NCBI GenBank assembly: GCA_965237415.1
Contig: CBDEFM010000002.1
Span: 2,912,001 to 2,976,000, forward strand
DNA: 64,000 nt
Direction: 5' to 3'
Source of the DNA: Alphaproteobacteria bacterium
GTDB taxonomy: Bacteria; Pseudomonadota; Alphaproteobacteria; UBA828
Numbering within the stretch: the stretch's first letter is position 1; every line of letters begins with the position of its first letter. The translations under genes and the position numbers were made by a program. Shown in pieces: positions 37,612 to 51,615 of the stretch. The notes under the pieces were generated by a model that worked only from the letters and a program-made list of their open reading frames with translations, was not told the origin of the DNA and searched no databases.

Positions 37612-39893
37612 TCCTCCCCACCCCCCGGCAGCGGGCCGTCCTTCATAAACGCGTTCAGCACGTTGGCGGTCACGCGGGACGCGCTGTTGTCGCAGGCGTT
37701 GATGGGGAGCGCCTGGCCCCAGGCGATGGAGCTTGCCGACCACACCGCGCCGTCGCTCGGCGTCGTGAAATAAGTCATGTCGGCCCGGATGCGGTGGTCC
37801 TGGGTGCCGCCCACGCCGGGATAGGCACAGAGGATGTCTTCCACCACCAGGGGGAAGTTGTCGGAATGGCCCTCGGACGAGGCAAGGATCAGAGTGTGCG
37901 GCGGGGTGCCTAGGCCTAAGTCGTAGCGGTCGAACTCGATGCCCGCCGCGCCGCCGATGCCGAGCCCCTCATCGCCGATGATGTCGCCCTCGATCCCATC
38001 GAAGACCCAGGAGGCGGCAGGGTTCTCGGCATCCGGCATCTTGCGGTAGGGCTTCGATTCGTCCATGCCCTCGGAGGTGAACCCGGTGCCGAGGAGCTTT
38101 TGCGGCGCCCGCCCGCGCCCGCGCCAGAGGCCGCCACGCTCCCCATTGCTCACCATGTAGTGCTCGCCGGGGTCGGCGTTCCAGGCTCTGGTGCCCAAGT
38201 CGAGCCGGCGCACCTCCATCACGTCCATGTCGCCGTCGCGGAAGGAGGCGACCCAGTAGTAGCCGTTGCCGGAGAGGTACATGAGCCTACCGCCCGAGGC
38301 GAGATAGTCCTCGGTGGCATCCATCATCGCCTCGGAATAGTACTCGGCATGGGTGGCGTTGATGACGACGTTGTAGGGCTCAAGGCAGGCCAGGCCCTCC
38401 TGGTGCAGGTCCTCGTCGGTGATCACGTCGTAGTCGTAGCCCATGGTCTCGAGCCAGTAGATGATCGAGAGGTCGGCCGGGAACTGCCAGGGCACGACGA
38501 CGGGGGCCGTCCGGTGCCGAGGCCGCATGTTGAAGATCGGCCGGCGCCGGGTGGAGTAGCAGATCCCCGCACCGTCGCGGTGGCTGTCGTAGCAGGAGGC
38601 GCCGTATTCCGGCCGCCGCTGCAGCTCCACGTCCCATTCGTGGATCACGGTCACCTGGCTGCTCAGCACCTGCGCGATCCCCGTGCCGAGGCCGATGCGC
38701 TCGTTGGCGTAGGCGAGGTAGCTGCAGGTGGGGATCAGCATCGCGATGGGCGCGGTGGGCTGCTTGGGGCGCAGGAAGAAGACCACGTGCTCTTCCGCTT
38801 CGCCCGCCCTGAGCCGGGCGGCGTAGACGCCGCTCTTCAGGTCCGGCACCTCCATGGAGATGGTGGGCTCCCAGCCGCAGTCGGTGATCGCGTCCTCGTG
38901 GAATTCGATGCCGCCGAACTGCGCCGGCGCGTAGCGGAAGCAGTCGTCGTGGCCGTTCCAGTTGAAGCCGGTCATGCCGCGCACCGGGCGGTTGTGGCCT
39001 TCGCCGTGAAGCCCGTGGGGGCTGGTGTCGACGACGGTATCGCCGATGCCGGTCGCGCTATAGCCAGCCGTGCTGTCCCAGGCGGCGATGACCGCGCCGG
39101 TTGCCGGGGCGCCGCCCGCCTCGCGCGCGCGGTCGAGCATGTCGCGGCTCAGCACCGCGCCGGCGACGCCCGCGCGGTCGATCTTGCCGTTGTAGAGATG
39201 GGCGGCGAAGGCGCCGCGTTCCGGCGAGCGAGCCTGCGCGGCGGCCCACAAAAAATCCGCGTCCGCTGCCGCAGGGGTCGCCCCAAGCTGCCCGCTCACA
39301 TGGCAGGAACGCTCGAGCGGCACGATCTTGGAGAGGTGGTTGTTGTAGCGGTTCTCGATCGGCTCCTGATAGAGCGTGGCCTCGCCGCTCGCGGGGTCGT
39401 AGGAGGCCGCCACCAGGTACCACTGGCGCGCGATGAGCTGGGTGTCAGCCGCGAGCGCGTCCGTGTTGCCGGCGCCGTCGCCCACGCGGAACGCCAGCGC
39501 GCCATCCTCGTTGATTTCGAGCGCATAACCGCTGCTGTCGGCATCCTGCCATCGCGTGAGCAGCCCCTGGCGCCCCTTAGCGGGCGTGCGGGCCCAGATA
39601 TAGGCCCAGAGCGTGAAGGGGCCGCCCACCGCAAGCCGGCTTTCCGGGTCCGTAACGCGGACGAAGCTCCCCAGTTGCGTGTATTGCTTGGCCACGGCAT
39701 GCGTCCCGTTCACCGGCGCATCGACCTCCCGCTCGATGAAGCCGGGACCCTCGGGATTCTCGTCGCCGTGGATCAGGCGCACGAGCTGAAGCTCCGCCCG
39801 GTCCGTGCCCTCCGCGCTCACCATGATGTCGAGCCGCTCGCCCGGCCGGGCGCTGAAGCGGTCGCAATAGCCCGCCAGAGTGATCTTCGCCAT
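37608..39893 (-). CDS. N,N-dimethylformamidase beta (large) subunit family protein
   Basis: VRLIHGDENPEGPG, LamG-like insert, YLAYAN, YDSH.DG, FPADL, HAEYYS, YLSGNGYYW, GERGGLWR. Confidence 0.9.
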   Translation of the reverse strand: MAKITLAGYCDRFSARPGERLDIMVSAEGTDRAELQLVRLIHGDENPEGPGFIEREVDAPVNGTHAVAKQYTQLGSFVRVTDPESRLAVGGPFTLWAYIWARTPAKGRQGLLTRWQDADSSGYALEINEDGALAFRVGDGAGNTDALAADTQLIARQWYLVAASYDPASGEATLYQEPIENRYNNHLSKIVPLERSCHVSGQLGATPAAADADFLWAAAQARSPERGAFAAHLYNGKIDRAGVAGAVLSRDMLDRAREAGGAPATGAVIAAWDSTAGYSATGIGDTVVDTSPHGLHGEGHNRPVRGMTGFNWNGHDDCFRYAPAQFGGIEFHEDAITDCGWEPTISMEVPDLKSGVYAARLRAGEAEEHVVFFLRPKQPTAPIAMLIPTCSYLAYANERIGLGTGIAQVLSSQVTVIHEWDVELQRRPEYGASCYDSHRDGAGICYSTRRRPIFNMRPRHRTAPVVVPWQFPADLSIIYWLETMGYDYDVITDEDLHQEGLACLEPYNVVINATHAEYYSEAMMDATEDYLASGGRLMYLSGNGYYWVASFRDGDMDVMEVRRLDLGTRAWNADPGEHYMVSNGERGGLWRGRGRAPQKLLGTGFTSEGMDESKPYRKMPDAENPAASWVFDGIEGDIIGDEGLGIGGAAGIEFDRYDLGLGTPPHTLILASSEGHSDNFPLVVEDILCAYPGVGGTQDHRIRADMTYFTTPSDGAVWSASSIAWGQALPINACDNSASRVTANVLNAFMKDGPLPGGGEE

Positions 39894-39917
39894 CGCCTGC
39901 CCCCTTTGCCCCGGCCC

Positions 39918-40280
39918 TCAGGAAGCGCTGTTCATCAGTGCGTCCACCCGCTTGAGGAAGACCGCGTGGAGCGCCTCGTTCTTGTCGGTGTAGATCGTGC
40001 CGTCCACATCTTCGGGCAGGCCGCCGCCGCTAGTGGTCATGATCTTGTACTTGCGGTTGGCCTCCAGCTCGAACAGCACGTATTTCCCCGCGAGCGATGA
40101 GCGGCGGAAGTAGTTCAGCACGCGCTCCAGATCGCCCGAATGCTGGCCGAGCGGGCTCGCACGGTATTCCTCGATGAGCGCCGGCGTGATCAGGGTCTTG
40201 AGATGTGTGCGCACCTGCTTGTCGAAGCGCTGCTGGTAGATCTGGTCCCTGTCGTGATGGACCGCCGTCCCTCCTGCCAT
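39918..40280 (-). CDS. N,N-dimethylformamidase alpha (small) subunit-like protein
   Basis: LIEEY...PLGQHS.DLERVLNYFRR, A.HAVFLKR; directly upstream of the beta subunit. Confidence 0.82.
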   Translation of the reverse strand: MAGGTAVHHDRDQIYQQRFDKQVRTHLKTLITPALIEEYRASPLGQHSGDLERVLNYFRRSSLAGKYVLFELEANRKYKIMTTSGGGLPEDVDGTIYTDKNEALHAVFLKRVDALMNSAS

Positions 40281-40415
40281 GCGTCGCCTCCTGCTCCCGC
40301 TCGCGGTGGGGCCTGGCGGCCAGCATAGCCCGCGCCCACCCTTGCGACCATCAGGAGCCGTTCGTGCTACCCTGCCGCGCTCGGATCGGGCGAAAGGGCG
40401 GGGAGACGCAAGGGC

Positions 40416-41285
40416 ATGAAGGAGTTGGGCAAGCGCGGGGTCTGGATATTCCCGGACTCGCCATCGGCGCGCGAGGTCGCGACCTTTGCGCAGCGGGTGG
40501 AAGGGCTGGGCTACGACGCGCTCTGGTATCCCGAGGGCACGGGCTTCGAGAGCTTCAGCTTCGCCGGCCTCGTGCTGTCGGAGACCGAGCGGCTCTGCGC
40601 CGCGAGCGGCATCGCCAACATCTACGCGCGGGACGCGGTAGCCGCGATCGCGGGCCACGACACCCTCAACCACTTCTATGGCGACCGCTTCGTGCTCGGA
40701 CTCGGCGTCTCGCATGTGCCGCTGGTGGAGGGTTTCCGCGGCCACACCTACGCAAAGCCTGTGGCGACCATGCGTGCCTACCTCGACGCGATGGACACGG
40801 CCGAGCTCGCCATGCCTGCGCAGGAGCGGAACGTCGTGCTCGCAGCGCTTGGCCCCCGCATGCTGACGCTCGCGGCCGAGCGCACGCGGGGCGCGCACCC
40901 GTACAACGTGACGCCCGAGCACACCGCGAGGGCACGCGAGATCGTCGGCGCGGACGCCTGGCTCTGCGTCGAGCAGAAAGTCTGCCTCACCAATGAGGCA
41001 TCGACGGCGCGCAATGTAGCGGCGCAGACGCTCGGCATCTACATGCCGCTCACGAACTACCGCAACAACTGGCTCACCCTCGGCTTCAGCGAAGACGAGC
41101 TGGGCGAGCGGGGCAGCGACCGCTTCCTCGATGCCATGGTCGCCTGGGGCAGCGCTGAGGCCGTGCGCGCGCGGATCAGGGAGCATTTCGATGCCGGCGC
41201 GAGCCACGTCTGCATTCAGCCCCTGGATCCGGCAGGGAGCACGGCGCCGGATTTGAACGCGCTCGAGGCCCTAGCCGCTCTCTGA
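40416..41285 (+). CDS. LLM class oxidoreductase (TIGR03620 F420-dependent-like)
   Basis: GIANIYARD, RFVLGLGVSH, LAALGPRML, GAHPY, AGASHVCIQ. Confidence 0.88.
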   Translation: MKELGKRGVWIFPDSPSAREVATFAQRVEGLGYDALWYPEGTGFESFSFAGLVLSETERLCAASGIANIYARDAVAAIAGHDTLNHFYGDRFVLGLGVSHVPLVEGFRGHTYAKPVATMRAYLDAMDTAELAMPAQERNVVLAALGPRMLTLAAERTRGAHPYNVTPEHTARAREIVGADAWLCVEQKVCLTNEASTARNVAAQTLGIYMPLTNYRNNWLTLGFSEDELGERGSDRFLDAMVAWGSAEAVRARIREHFDAGASHVCIQPLDPAGSTAPDLNALEALAAL

Positions 41286-41355
41286 GTGCTCAACAACCGT
41301 AGCAGGGCGGCCCGCCGGCCGACGGCAAGCGCCTTGGCACATTAGGGAGAGCAGC

Positions 41356-43008
41356 ATGACCGGCGCCGATCTTCTGGTGAAAATTCTCAAGGCGGAAGGT
41401 ATCCGCCAGTGTCTCTGCTTCCCCATGACCCCGATCATCGAGGCGGTGGCGCGGGCCGGGATGCGCGTCATCACCACGCGGCAGGAACGCGTCGCCGGCA
41501 ACATGGCGGACGGCGTCTCGCGCTCCACCAACGGCCGCGAGATCGGCGTCTTCACGGTGCAGGCACTGGCGGGGTCGGAGAACGCCTTTGCCGGCGTCGC
41601 CCAGGCGCACACGGATTCGACGCCGCTGCTCTTCCTCCCCGGCCATCCCGGCACGTCCTATGTCGACCAGCCGCCCACCTTCGACAGCACCGCCAACTAC
41701 GCCGCGACCACGAAGATGGCGCAGAAGGTGCTGGCCGCCGATCTCATGCCGATCAAGCTGCGCCAGGCCTTCACGGCGCTCCGCTCAGGCCGGCCGCAGC
41801 CGGTGATGCTGGAGCTGCCGGGCGACGTGTGCGCGGCCGAGGTGAACGGCGCTCCCCCCTACACGCCGGTCCGGCGCATGCGCTCTGCGGCCGACGAGGG
41901 GGCGGTGCGGGAGGCTGCCGAGCGCCTGCTCGCGGCCGAGACGCCCATGATCTGGGCCGGCCAGGGCGTGCTCTATGCGGAGGCGAGCGACGAGCTCGCC
42001 GAGGTCGCCGAGCTGCTCGGTGCGCCGGTGATGACGACGCTGCAGGGCAAGAGCGCGATCCCCGAGACGCATCCACTGGCGGCGGGAGTCGGCGCGCTTT
42101 CGACTACCGCCATGGCCGCCCATTATCTGCAGGCGAGCGATGCCGTGCTCGCGGTGGGCTCCAGCCTGACTCGCGCGCCGTTTACGCCAGTGATTCCGGA
42201 CGGAAAGACCATCGTCCACGCAACCGTGGATCCCATCGACATCAACAAGGAATATGCCGCGGCGGTCGGCATCGTGGCCGACGCCAAGCTCTTCCTCGCG
42301 CAGCTCGCCGCCGAGCTCAGGCGCCAGGTGGGGGAGGGCCGCGCCGAGCGCCGCGCCGAGACGGCGGAGACCATCGCCCGCATCGAGCGCGAGTGGTGGG
42401 CCGAGTACGAGCCGCTCTTCGCCGACGATTCGGCCCCGATCAACGGCTACCGCATGATGCGCGAGCTCTGGGCGCTGCTCGACCCGGAGACCACCATGCT
42501 CACCCACGAATCCGGCGCCTCGCGGGATATCCAGAGCGTCTTCTATGAATCCGGCCCGCCGCGCAGCTATCTCGGCTGGGGTCAATCCTCGCAGCTCGGC
42601 TTCTCGCTCGGGCTTGCCATGGGGGCGAAGCTCGCCAACCCGGAGAAGCTGGTCGTGAACGTCATGGGCGACGCCTCGGTCGGTATGACGGGCATGGACT
42701 GGGAGACCGCGTCCCGCAACGAAATCCCCATCCTCACCGTGGTCAAGCACGATTCGATCTTCTCCGGCTACGACCGCAACATCCCTGAGGCCTCGGCGCG
42801 CTACCGGGCGAACAGGCAGCAGGGGGACTACGCGACCATTGCGAGGAGCCTCGGCTGCCACGCCGAGCAAGTGACCGAGCCTGCGGCGCTCAGGCCCGCG
42901 CTGGAGCGCGCGATCCGCGCCACCGGCGAAGGCCAGCCGGCGGTGGTCGACGTCATTACCGCCGAGACCCGCAAGCTCTCCCGCCTCGCGCCCACCTCGG
43001 TCGGTTAA
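41356..43008 (+). CDS. thiamine pyrophosphate-requiring enzyme
   Basis: RQERVAGNMADG, WAGQGV, GDASVG TPP motif. Confidence 0.9.
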   Translation: MTGADLLVKILKAEGIRQCLCFPMTPIIEAVARAGMRVITTRQERVAGNMADGVSRSTNGREIGVFTVQALAGSENAFAGVAQAHTDSTPLLFLPGHPGTSYVDQPPTFDSTANYAATTKMAQKVLAADLMPIKLRQAFTALRSGRPQPVMLELPGDVCAAEVNGAPPYTPVRRMRSAADEGAVREAAERLLAAETPMIWAGQGVLYAEASDELAEVAELLGAPVMTTLQGKSAIPETHPLAAGVGALSTTAMAAHYLQASDAVLAVGSSLTRAPFTPVIPDGKTIVHATVDPIDINKEYAAAVGIVADAKLFLAQLAAELRRQVGEGRAERRAETAETIARIEREWWAEYEPLFADDSAPINGYRMMRELWALLDPETTMLTHESGASRDIQSVFYESGPPRSYLGWGQSSQLGFSLGLAMGAKLANPEKLVVNVMGDASVGMTGMDWETASRNEIPILTVVKHDSIFSGYDRNIPEASARYRANRQQGDYATIARSLGCHAEQVTEPAALRPALERAIRATGEGQPAVVDVITAETRKLSRLAPTSVG

Positions 43009-44213
43009 CGCGCCTCCGGCGGGGGCCAGGAGGCGGGGCGGCCATCGGCCGTCCAGACCCCCTTCACCTCAGGCCGGCCCTGGCTGACACCGGCGATCGG
43101 CACGATGACGGCGCGGGTGAAGAAAGCCTGCGCGCGGAAGCCGAAGATCACCGTATCGCCGACAGCGACACGCTGGCGGGGCTCGGGGAGGAGCTGGCCG
43201 TAGTAGTCGATCATCGCCGGGTCCGGAGTGGCGGCGCCGACCTCCTGCGCGAGCGCGGCCCCGGGGTCGGGGCCGGCCAGCGCCTTGAGCGGGTAGGGGG
43301 CGAACACCGGGTCGATGTAGAGGCCGCCGCCGAAGCAGTAGGCGCGGCCCTGATGGAAGTGGGAGACCTCGGTCAGGTAGAGCATGGCCGGGCGCTCCGG
43401 CAGCTCGGTGCGGGCGTGAAGCGGCGTCGTGCCGGTGAGCCCGTGGCCCGGCTCCACCTGGGTCGCGCCGCCCTCTGCGAGCGCCGCCATCACATGCGCG
43501 GACGTGGTGCCCGGCGCGTTGATGACGATGTCCTGCCGGCCCTGCCTCGCAAGCCGCGACGCTGCCGCGTGCAGGGTGGTGAGATTGGGCGTCGGGCGGG
43601 CTTCGCCCGAGCCCTCGTCGAAGAGCAGGGCGGGGAAGGTGGTGAGCCCCGCGAAGCGCCCGCCCGGCGTACGGTCCAGCACGTCTGCCACAGCCTCGAC
43701 GGCATCGGCGTCGAAGCCTCCTTCGTGGCCGGAATAGAAGGTATCGCCGGGCGCCTGGATGCGGGCGATCAGGGCCTGCTCGTGACCGTGCGCCTCCGCC
43801 GCCTGCGCGGCCTCGGCGGCTTTCTCTTCGTTGAAGACGGTCCAGTAGTCCGGGCGCATGGCCGCGGCCTCCGCCGCCTCGTGACGCGGGATCTGACAGA
43901 GATGGCCGAGATGGGCCAGGCGGTGACCGTGGGCGCAGATCGGCCGCGCGCAGGCCATGTCGACGGCGACGAAGCGGTCGATCCCGCCTGCCTTCAGCGC
44001 ATCGAGCGCCGGCGGGTTGCGGCCGATCTGCTTGGTCATCGCCAGTACGTCGAGCCCGAGCCGGCCGGCCTCGGCGCTCATCAGTTGCGCATTCCCGGTC
44101 ATCGTATCGAGGTCGAGCAGGTAGGCGCCGGCGGGCACGCGGCCGGCCTGGTGAAGCGCCACCGCGGCTTCGAGGAACGCCCGATTCCGGGTGCGCAGCG
44201 CTTTCAGAAACAT
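43005..44213 (-). CDS. YhfX-like PLP-dependent enzyme (alanine racemase fold)
   Basis: MTKQIGRNP, HLGHL.QIP, GHEGGF, EPGHGLTGTTP, FRAQAFFTR. Confidence 0.88.
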   Translation of the reverse strand: MFLKALRTRNRAFLEAAVALHQAGRVPAGAYLLDLDTMTGNAQLMSAEAGRLGLDVLAMTKQIGRNPPALDALKAGGIDRFVAVDMACARPICAHGHRLAHLGHLCQIPRHEAAEAAAMRPDYWTVFNEEKAAEAAQAAEAHGHEQALIARIQAPGDTFYSGHEGGFDADAVEAVADVLDRTPGGRFAGLTTFPALLFDEGSGEARPTPNLTTLHAAASRLARQGRQDIVINAPGTTSAHVMAALAEGGATQVEPGHGLTGTTPLHARTELPERPAMLYLTEVSHFHQGRAYCFGGGLYIDPVFAPYPLKALAGPDPGAALAQEVGAATPDPAMIDYYGQLLPEPRQRVAVGDTVIFGFRAQAFFTRAVIVPIAGVSQGRPEVKGVWTADGRPASWPPPEAR

Positions 44214-44334
44214 CGGCCGTCGCCTCCCCCATGACCGCCGCTCAAGGCCCGATGTCTCGCCCGGGTGTCGGGCGCGTGCTAGCGTGCGCCGCGAACGCCA
44301 CCCGGCGCCTGGGCGGCCGCAGCGCGGAAGATAC

Positions 44335-45557
44335 ATGAGCGAGACCGACCACACGATGCCGGGCGCTGCGCCCTCCCTCTACCCGGTGGTTCGCCTGACC
44401 GCGTCGCTGATGCTGGTCACCGTCGGCGGCGCCGCCATGTACGCGGTGATCGTGGCGCTCAAGCCGGCCTCCTTAGAGTTCGACGTGAGCCGGGGCCTGG
44501 CCTCAGTCCCCTACATGATGTTCATGCTCACCGGCGGAATCGGCGGTGTGTTCATGGGGCGGCTCGCCGATCGCTTCGGCGTACTGCTGCCGGTCCTGAT
44601 CGGGTGTGTGGGGCTCCCGGCGGGCATGGCCGGCGCCGCCTACGCGGAGGAGTTCTGGCAGTTCTGCGCGGCACTCGGGGTGCTGTCGGGCCTGCTCGGC
44701 ACCTCTGCCCTCTTCGCCCCTGTGGCCGCCGACGTCTCGCACTGGTTCACGCGGCGCCGCGGGCTCGCCGTCGCGGTCGTGATCACCGGAACCTATTTCG
44801 CAGGCGCGCTGTGGCCGCCGATTATCCAGGCCTCGCTCGATGCGCGGGGCTGGCGCGAGACCTTCCTCATCATCGCCATCGTCATGGCGTGCGTGATGCT
44901 GCCGCTTACCGCGGCGCTCTATCGCAAGCCGGCCGTGCTGTCTGCGGCGCAGGCGGCGCGCACGGCGACCGGTGCGGGCAGACCGCTCGGCATCGCCCCC
45001 GGCACGCTTCAAAGCCTGATTTGTGTGGCCGGGCTCGGCTGCTGCGTGGCGATGGCGATGCCCCAAGTGCACATCGTCGCCCACATCTCGGATCTCGGCT
45101 ACGCCGCCCAACGCGGCGCCGAGATGCTGTCGTTGATGCTCGGCACCGGCATCGTGAGCCGCATCGGCTCCGGCTTCATCTCGGATCGGATCGGCGGTCT
45201 GCGCACGCTGCTGCTTGGCTCTGTCTTGCAGGCGCTGGCGCTCGTCGCCTTTCTCGGCGCCGACACGCTCACCCTGCTCTACGTGGTCTCGGCGGTCTTC
45301 GGCCTCTCCCAGGGCGGGATCGTGCCGTCCTACACGATCATCGTCAGGACGTTCTTTCCCGCGCACGAAGCAGGCCGGCGGGTGGGCTGGGCGATGCTCT
45401 TCACCTTCGCAGGCATGGCGCTGGGCGGCTGGATGGCGGGCGCGCTCTACGACCTGACGGGCTCCTACACCGCGTCCTTCATCAACGCGATCGCCTTCAA
45501 CGTGCTGAACGCAGCAATCGTGCTCTACCTCACCCGGCGCCGGCAGGCGCTCGCCGC

Positions 45558-45561
<4 letters not shown>
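44335..45561 (+). CDS. MFS transporter
   Basis: GRLADRFG, WFTRRRGLA, SDRIG, YDLTGSY; 12 TM segments. Confidence 0.92.
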
Positions 45562-48806
<3,245 letters not shown>

Positions 48807-48933
48807 CGGCGGCCTGACAGCCGCTCACGCAGCGTTGAGTTGCCGTGAGCGGCCGCCGGTGTCATCTGTCTTTGCAAGAGCCCAGCGCACGGGCGCCGGG
48901 CAGGACGCAGCTGGCATTTGCGGAGGGCCTTCG

Positions 48934-49923
48934 ATGCTGATCAAGATTCCACGCGGCTGGGAGCTACCGGACTCCGCCGCAACTCCCGAATCGGTGTTCA
49001 TGAACCGGCGCACGCTTCTCAAGGGGCTTGCCTCGGGTCCCCTGCTCGCGGCAGGCGCGGCGGTGCCCTTCGTGGGCGCGGGGCGTTTGGCGCTGGCCGA
49101 AGAGCAGGAAGACCCCTCGGCGCATCTCTATCCGGTCGAGCAGAACCCCGCCTACACGCTTGACCGGCCGCTCACGCCCGAGGACTTCGCCACCACCTAC
49201 AACAACTATTACGAGTTCGGCTCGTACAAGGAGATCTGGCAGAACGCGCAGGAGCTCCCGATTCGGCCCTGGACGGTCGAATTCGACGGGATGGTCGAGG
49301 AGCCGATGACGGTCGGCATCGACGATCTGCTGGCGAAGATGCCGCTGGAGGAACGTCTCTACCGCCATCGCTGCGTCGAGGCGTGGTCGATCGCCGTTCC
49401 CTACAGCGGCTTCCCGCTGAAGGCGCTGATCGATTTCGCGCGACCCCTGGGCGATGCCAAGTATCTGCTGATGCAGACCTTCGAGGATGACGACGTGGCC
49501 GAGGGCCAGAAGCAGTTCTGGTATCCCTGGCCCTATATCGAAGGCCTCACCATGGCCGAGGCCACCAACGAGCTCGCCTTCATCGCCACCGGCTATTACG
49601 GGAAGCCGATTCCGAAGCAGAACGGCGCGCCGCTCCGCCTCGCCGTGCCGTGGAAGTACGGCTTCAAGCACATCAAGGGCATCGTCCGCTTCAGCTTCGT
49701 CGACGAGCGGCCGGTCTCGTTCTGGGAGGAACTCGCGGGCAACGAATACGGCTTCTGGGCCAACGTCAATCCCGAGGTGTCGCACCCGCGCTGGAGCCAG
49801 GCGAACGAGCGCTTCTACGGGCCGGACGGGGAGGAGCGCCTCCCGACCCAGCTTTACAACGGCTATGCCGAACAGGTGGCCTCGCTCTACGACGGCATGG
49901 AGAACGAGCCGCTCTACATGTAG
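48934..49923 (+). CDS. msrP: protein-methionine-sulfoxide reductase catalytic subunit
   Basis: Tat NRRTLL, YNNYYEFG, HRCVEAWS, QNGAPLRL..PWKYGFK, YGFWANVNP. Confidence 0.95.
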   Translation: MLIKIPRGWELPDSAATPESVFMNRRTLLKGLASGPLLAAGAAVPFVGAGRLALAEEQEDPSAHLYPVEQNPAYTLDRPLTPEDFATTYNNYYEFGSYKEIWQNAQELPIRPWTVEFDGMVEEPMTVGIDDLLAKMPLEERLYRHRCVEAWSIAVPYSGFPLKALIDFARPLGDAKYLLMQTFEDDDVAEGQKQFWYPWPYIEGLTMAEATNELAFIATGYYGKPIPKQNGAPLRLAVPWKYGFKHIKGIVRFSFVDERPVSFWEELAGNEYGFWANVNPEVSHPRWSQANERFYGPDGEERLPTQLYNGYAEQVASLYDGMENEPLYM

Positions 49924-49949
49924 CGCTTGCACGGCCAAGCGTCGCGAGG

Positions 49950-49986
49950 AGGGCCGCCCTGTCCGTCATTGGTCGGGGCGGCCTTT
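49950..49986 (+). terminator. probable intrinsic terminator after msrP
   Basis: agggccgccctg...cggggcggccttt GC stem with short U tract. Confidence 0.55.
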
Positions 49987-50196
49987 GAGACCCGGCCCTG
50001 TCCAGGACCGCCTAGCTGCCGATGAGTCGGGTTGCGGCGATGACTGGGTTGCGATTAATGTGGCGTGATCGGCGGATCGCCTTAGGCGACCGCTACCGCC
50101 CGCAGGACGTGCTGTCTCACATTGCTTGGCGGCACCGTCGGACAGCACGTCGGCAAGTAGCCGTCTGGAGGCCACTCTAGACGAAGGCGGTGAATC

Positions 50197-50802
50197 ATGT
50201 CCAGCATCACTTCAGCCAATCAGCGTCCCTACGACCCCAGGAGCATTGCAAATCTTCTGCTGGATGAAGCCGACCGGCTTGCCATCAACATCACCAATCT
50301 TTCGCTGCAGAAGCTCCTGTACTTTGCCCATGGGCTGTCCCTGATCGAAGACGGAAAGCCTTTGGTGAGCGGTTACTTCGAGGCATGGCAGCATGGCCCC
50401 GTTCATCCCTTGGTGTATCGCACCTTCAAGGATGCTGGCAGGGCACCTATCTCTTTTCGAGCCAAGGGCGTCGACATCTTGACCGGCCAAAGCAGGTCGC
50501 TGCCTGTGATCGACGATCCTCAAGCCCTTCGATTCGTCCTGAAGGTCTTGATCGCCTACGGCAGATTGTCGCCTGGCTCATTGATTGACGTGACGCACGC
50601 GAAGGGTGGGCCATGGGATTTCATCGTGAAGAAGGCAGAGCATTCCGTAGTGCTTGGCATGCGCATCCCTGACGATGTAATATCGGAACGTTTCAAGAAC
50701 CATGTGAGGTCGCTCAACGCGACGACACCGAGGGATGGGCCACATGAAATTCGACCGTTTGGGGGAAACCGAGTTGGCGCGAAACGTGCCATTGGATCCT
50801 GA
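50197..50802 (+). CDS. socA: Panacea (DUF4065) domain antitoxin, SocA-like
   Basis: SIANLLL, TNLSLQKLLYFAHG, FEAWQHGPV, TH..GGPW. Confidence 0.88.
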   Translation: MSSITSANQRPYDPRSIANLLLDEADRLAINITNLSLQKLLYFAHGLSLIEDGKPLVSGYFEAWQHGPVHPLVYRTFKDAGRAPISFRAKGVDILTGQSRSLPVIDDPQALRFVLKVLIAYGRLSPGSLIDVTHAKGGPWDFIVKKAEHSVVLGMRIPDDVISERFKNHVRSLNATTPRDGPHEIRPFGGNRVGAKRAIGS

Positions 50803-51448
50803 ACTGCAGTGCAAGAACCTCCTGAAGACCCTCGGTGGCGATGCGCGGGTATGGTACGCGCCGGTGCGGAAGATGTACGGGGACATCTTCAACGTCGGCT
50901 CTGTTCTATTCGGTCCCGGTGTTCCTGCAACGCTGAGCGCGATTGAGCAGATCCTGCTCAAGAAGTGCGGGTCCGACTCTATGAGGAAGCACAACTTGGC
51001 CGTTGCCAGAAGCCTGTACGGCTATTGCATCCACGAGAACATCCACGGGATTGCACACAACTTCGGCTACATGTACATGGGCCGAGCAGCGGGTGACGTT
51101 TGCTATTGGCTTCCGATGATACTCACCATCAGAGGGCGGGCCACGGTTGTGTTCATCGATCCGCGCCGTCCGGAGTCGCGGCTAGCTTTGGATAGCCGGC
51201 GCTTCGTACTGTCGATGATGCACGAGCACATCCGGAATCCCAACCCCGACTTCGCTAACGTTCAGCTTGCCGTTATCCAGTTTGGCGATGGTAGCGGTGT
51301 CGCCGGCGCGCCCATTCTACATACCGACAAGGGTGTTACGCTCTATTCGTATAACGAACTGCAGGACATGGTCGACGTAACCTACAAATTGTGGGACCAG
51401 CTTCACGCAGAGCGTCGCACGGCGGGTCTACAGGCCGCCAATCCATAG
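50744..51448 (+). CDS. socB: SocB-like type VI TA toxin (sliding-clamp inhibitor family)
   Basis: ELARNVPL, YAPVR, YWLP, FIDPRR, RRFVLSMMHEHIR..NPDF, AVIQF; overlaps socA. Confidence 0.75.
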   Translation: MKFDRLGETELARNVPLDPELQCKNLLKTLGGDARVWYAPVRKMYGDIFNVGSVLFGPGVPATLSAIEQILLKKCGSDSMRKHNLAVARSLYGYCIHENIHGIAHNFGYMYMGRAAGDVCYWLPMILTIRGRATVVFIDPRRPESRLALDSRRFVLSMMHEHIRNPNPDFANVQLAVIQFGDGSGVAGAPILHTDKGVTLYSYNELQDMVDVTYKLWDQLHAERRTAGLQAANP

Positions 51449-51457
51449 ACCACTCTA

Positions 51458-51615
51458 TGACCAAACCCGGACTTAGATCACGCGGTCGCTCTGTGACCCG
51501 TGAGATCAAGTTGCAGGCGGCACCGGAACAAGCCGCTCGGGCCGTCTTCTCTACCGTGACGCCGCCGAACCTGAAACTGCGCACCACCAAGGCGACCTCT
51601 CTTGCGAAGAAGTGA
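51458..51615 (+). CDS. small basic hypothetical protein (52 aa)
   Basis: ATG 9 nt after the socB stop; MTKPGLRSRGRSVTREIKL..PEQAARAVF. Confidence 0.4.
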
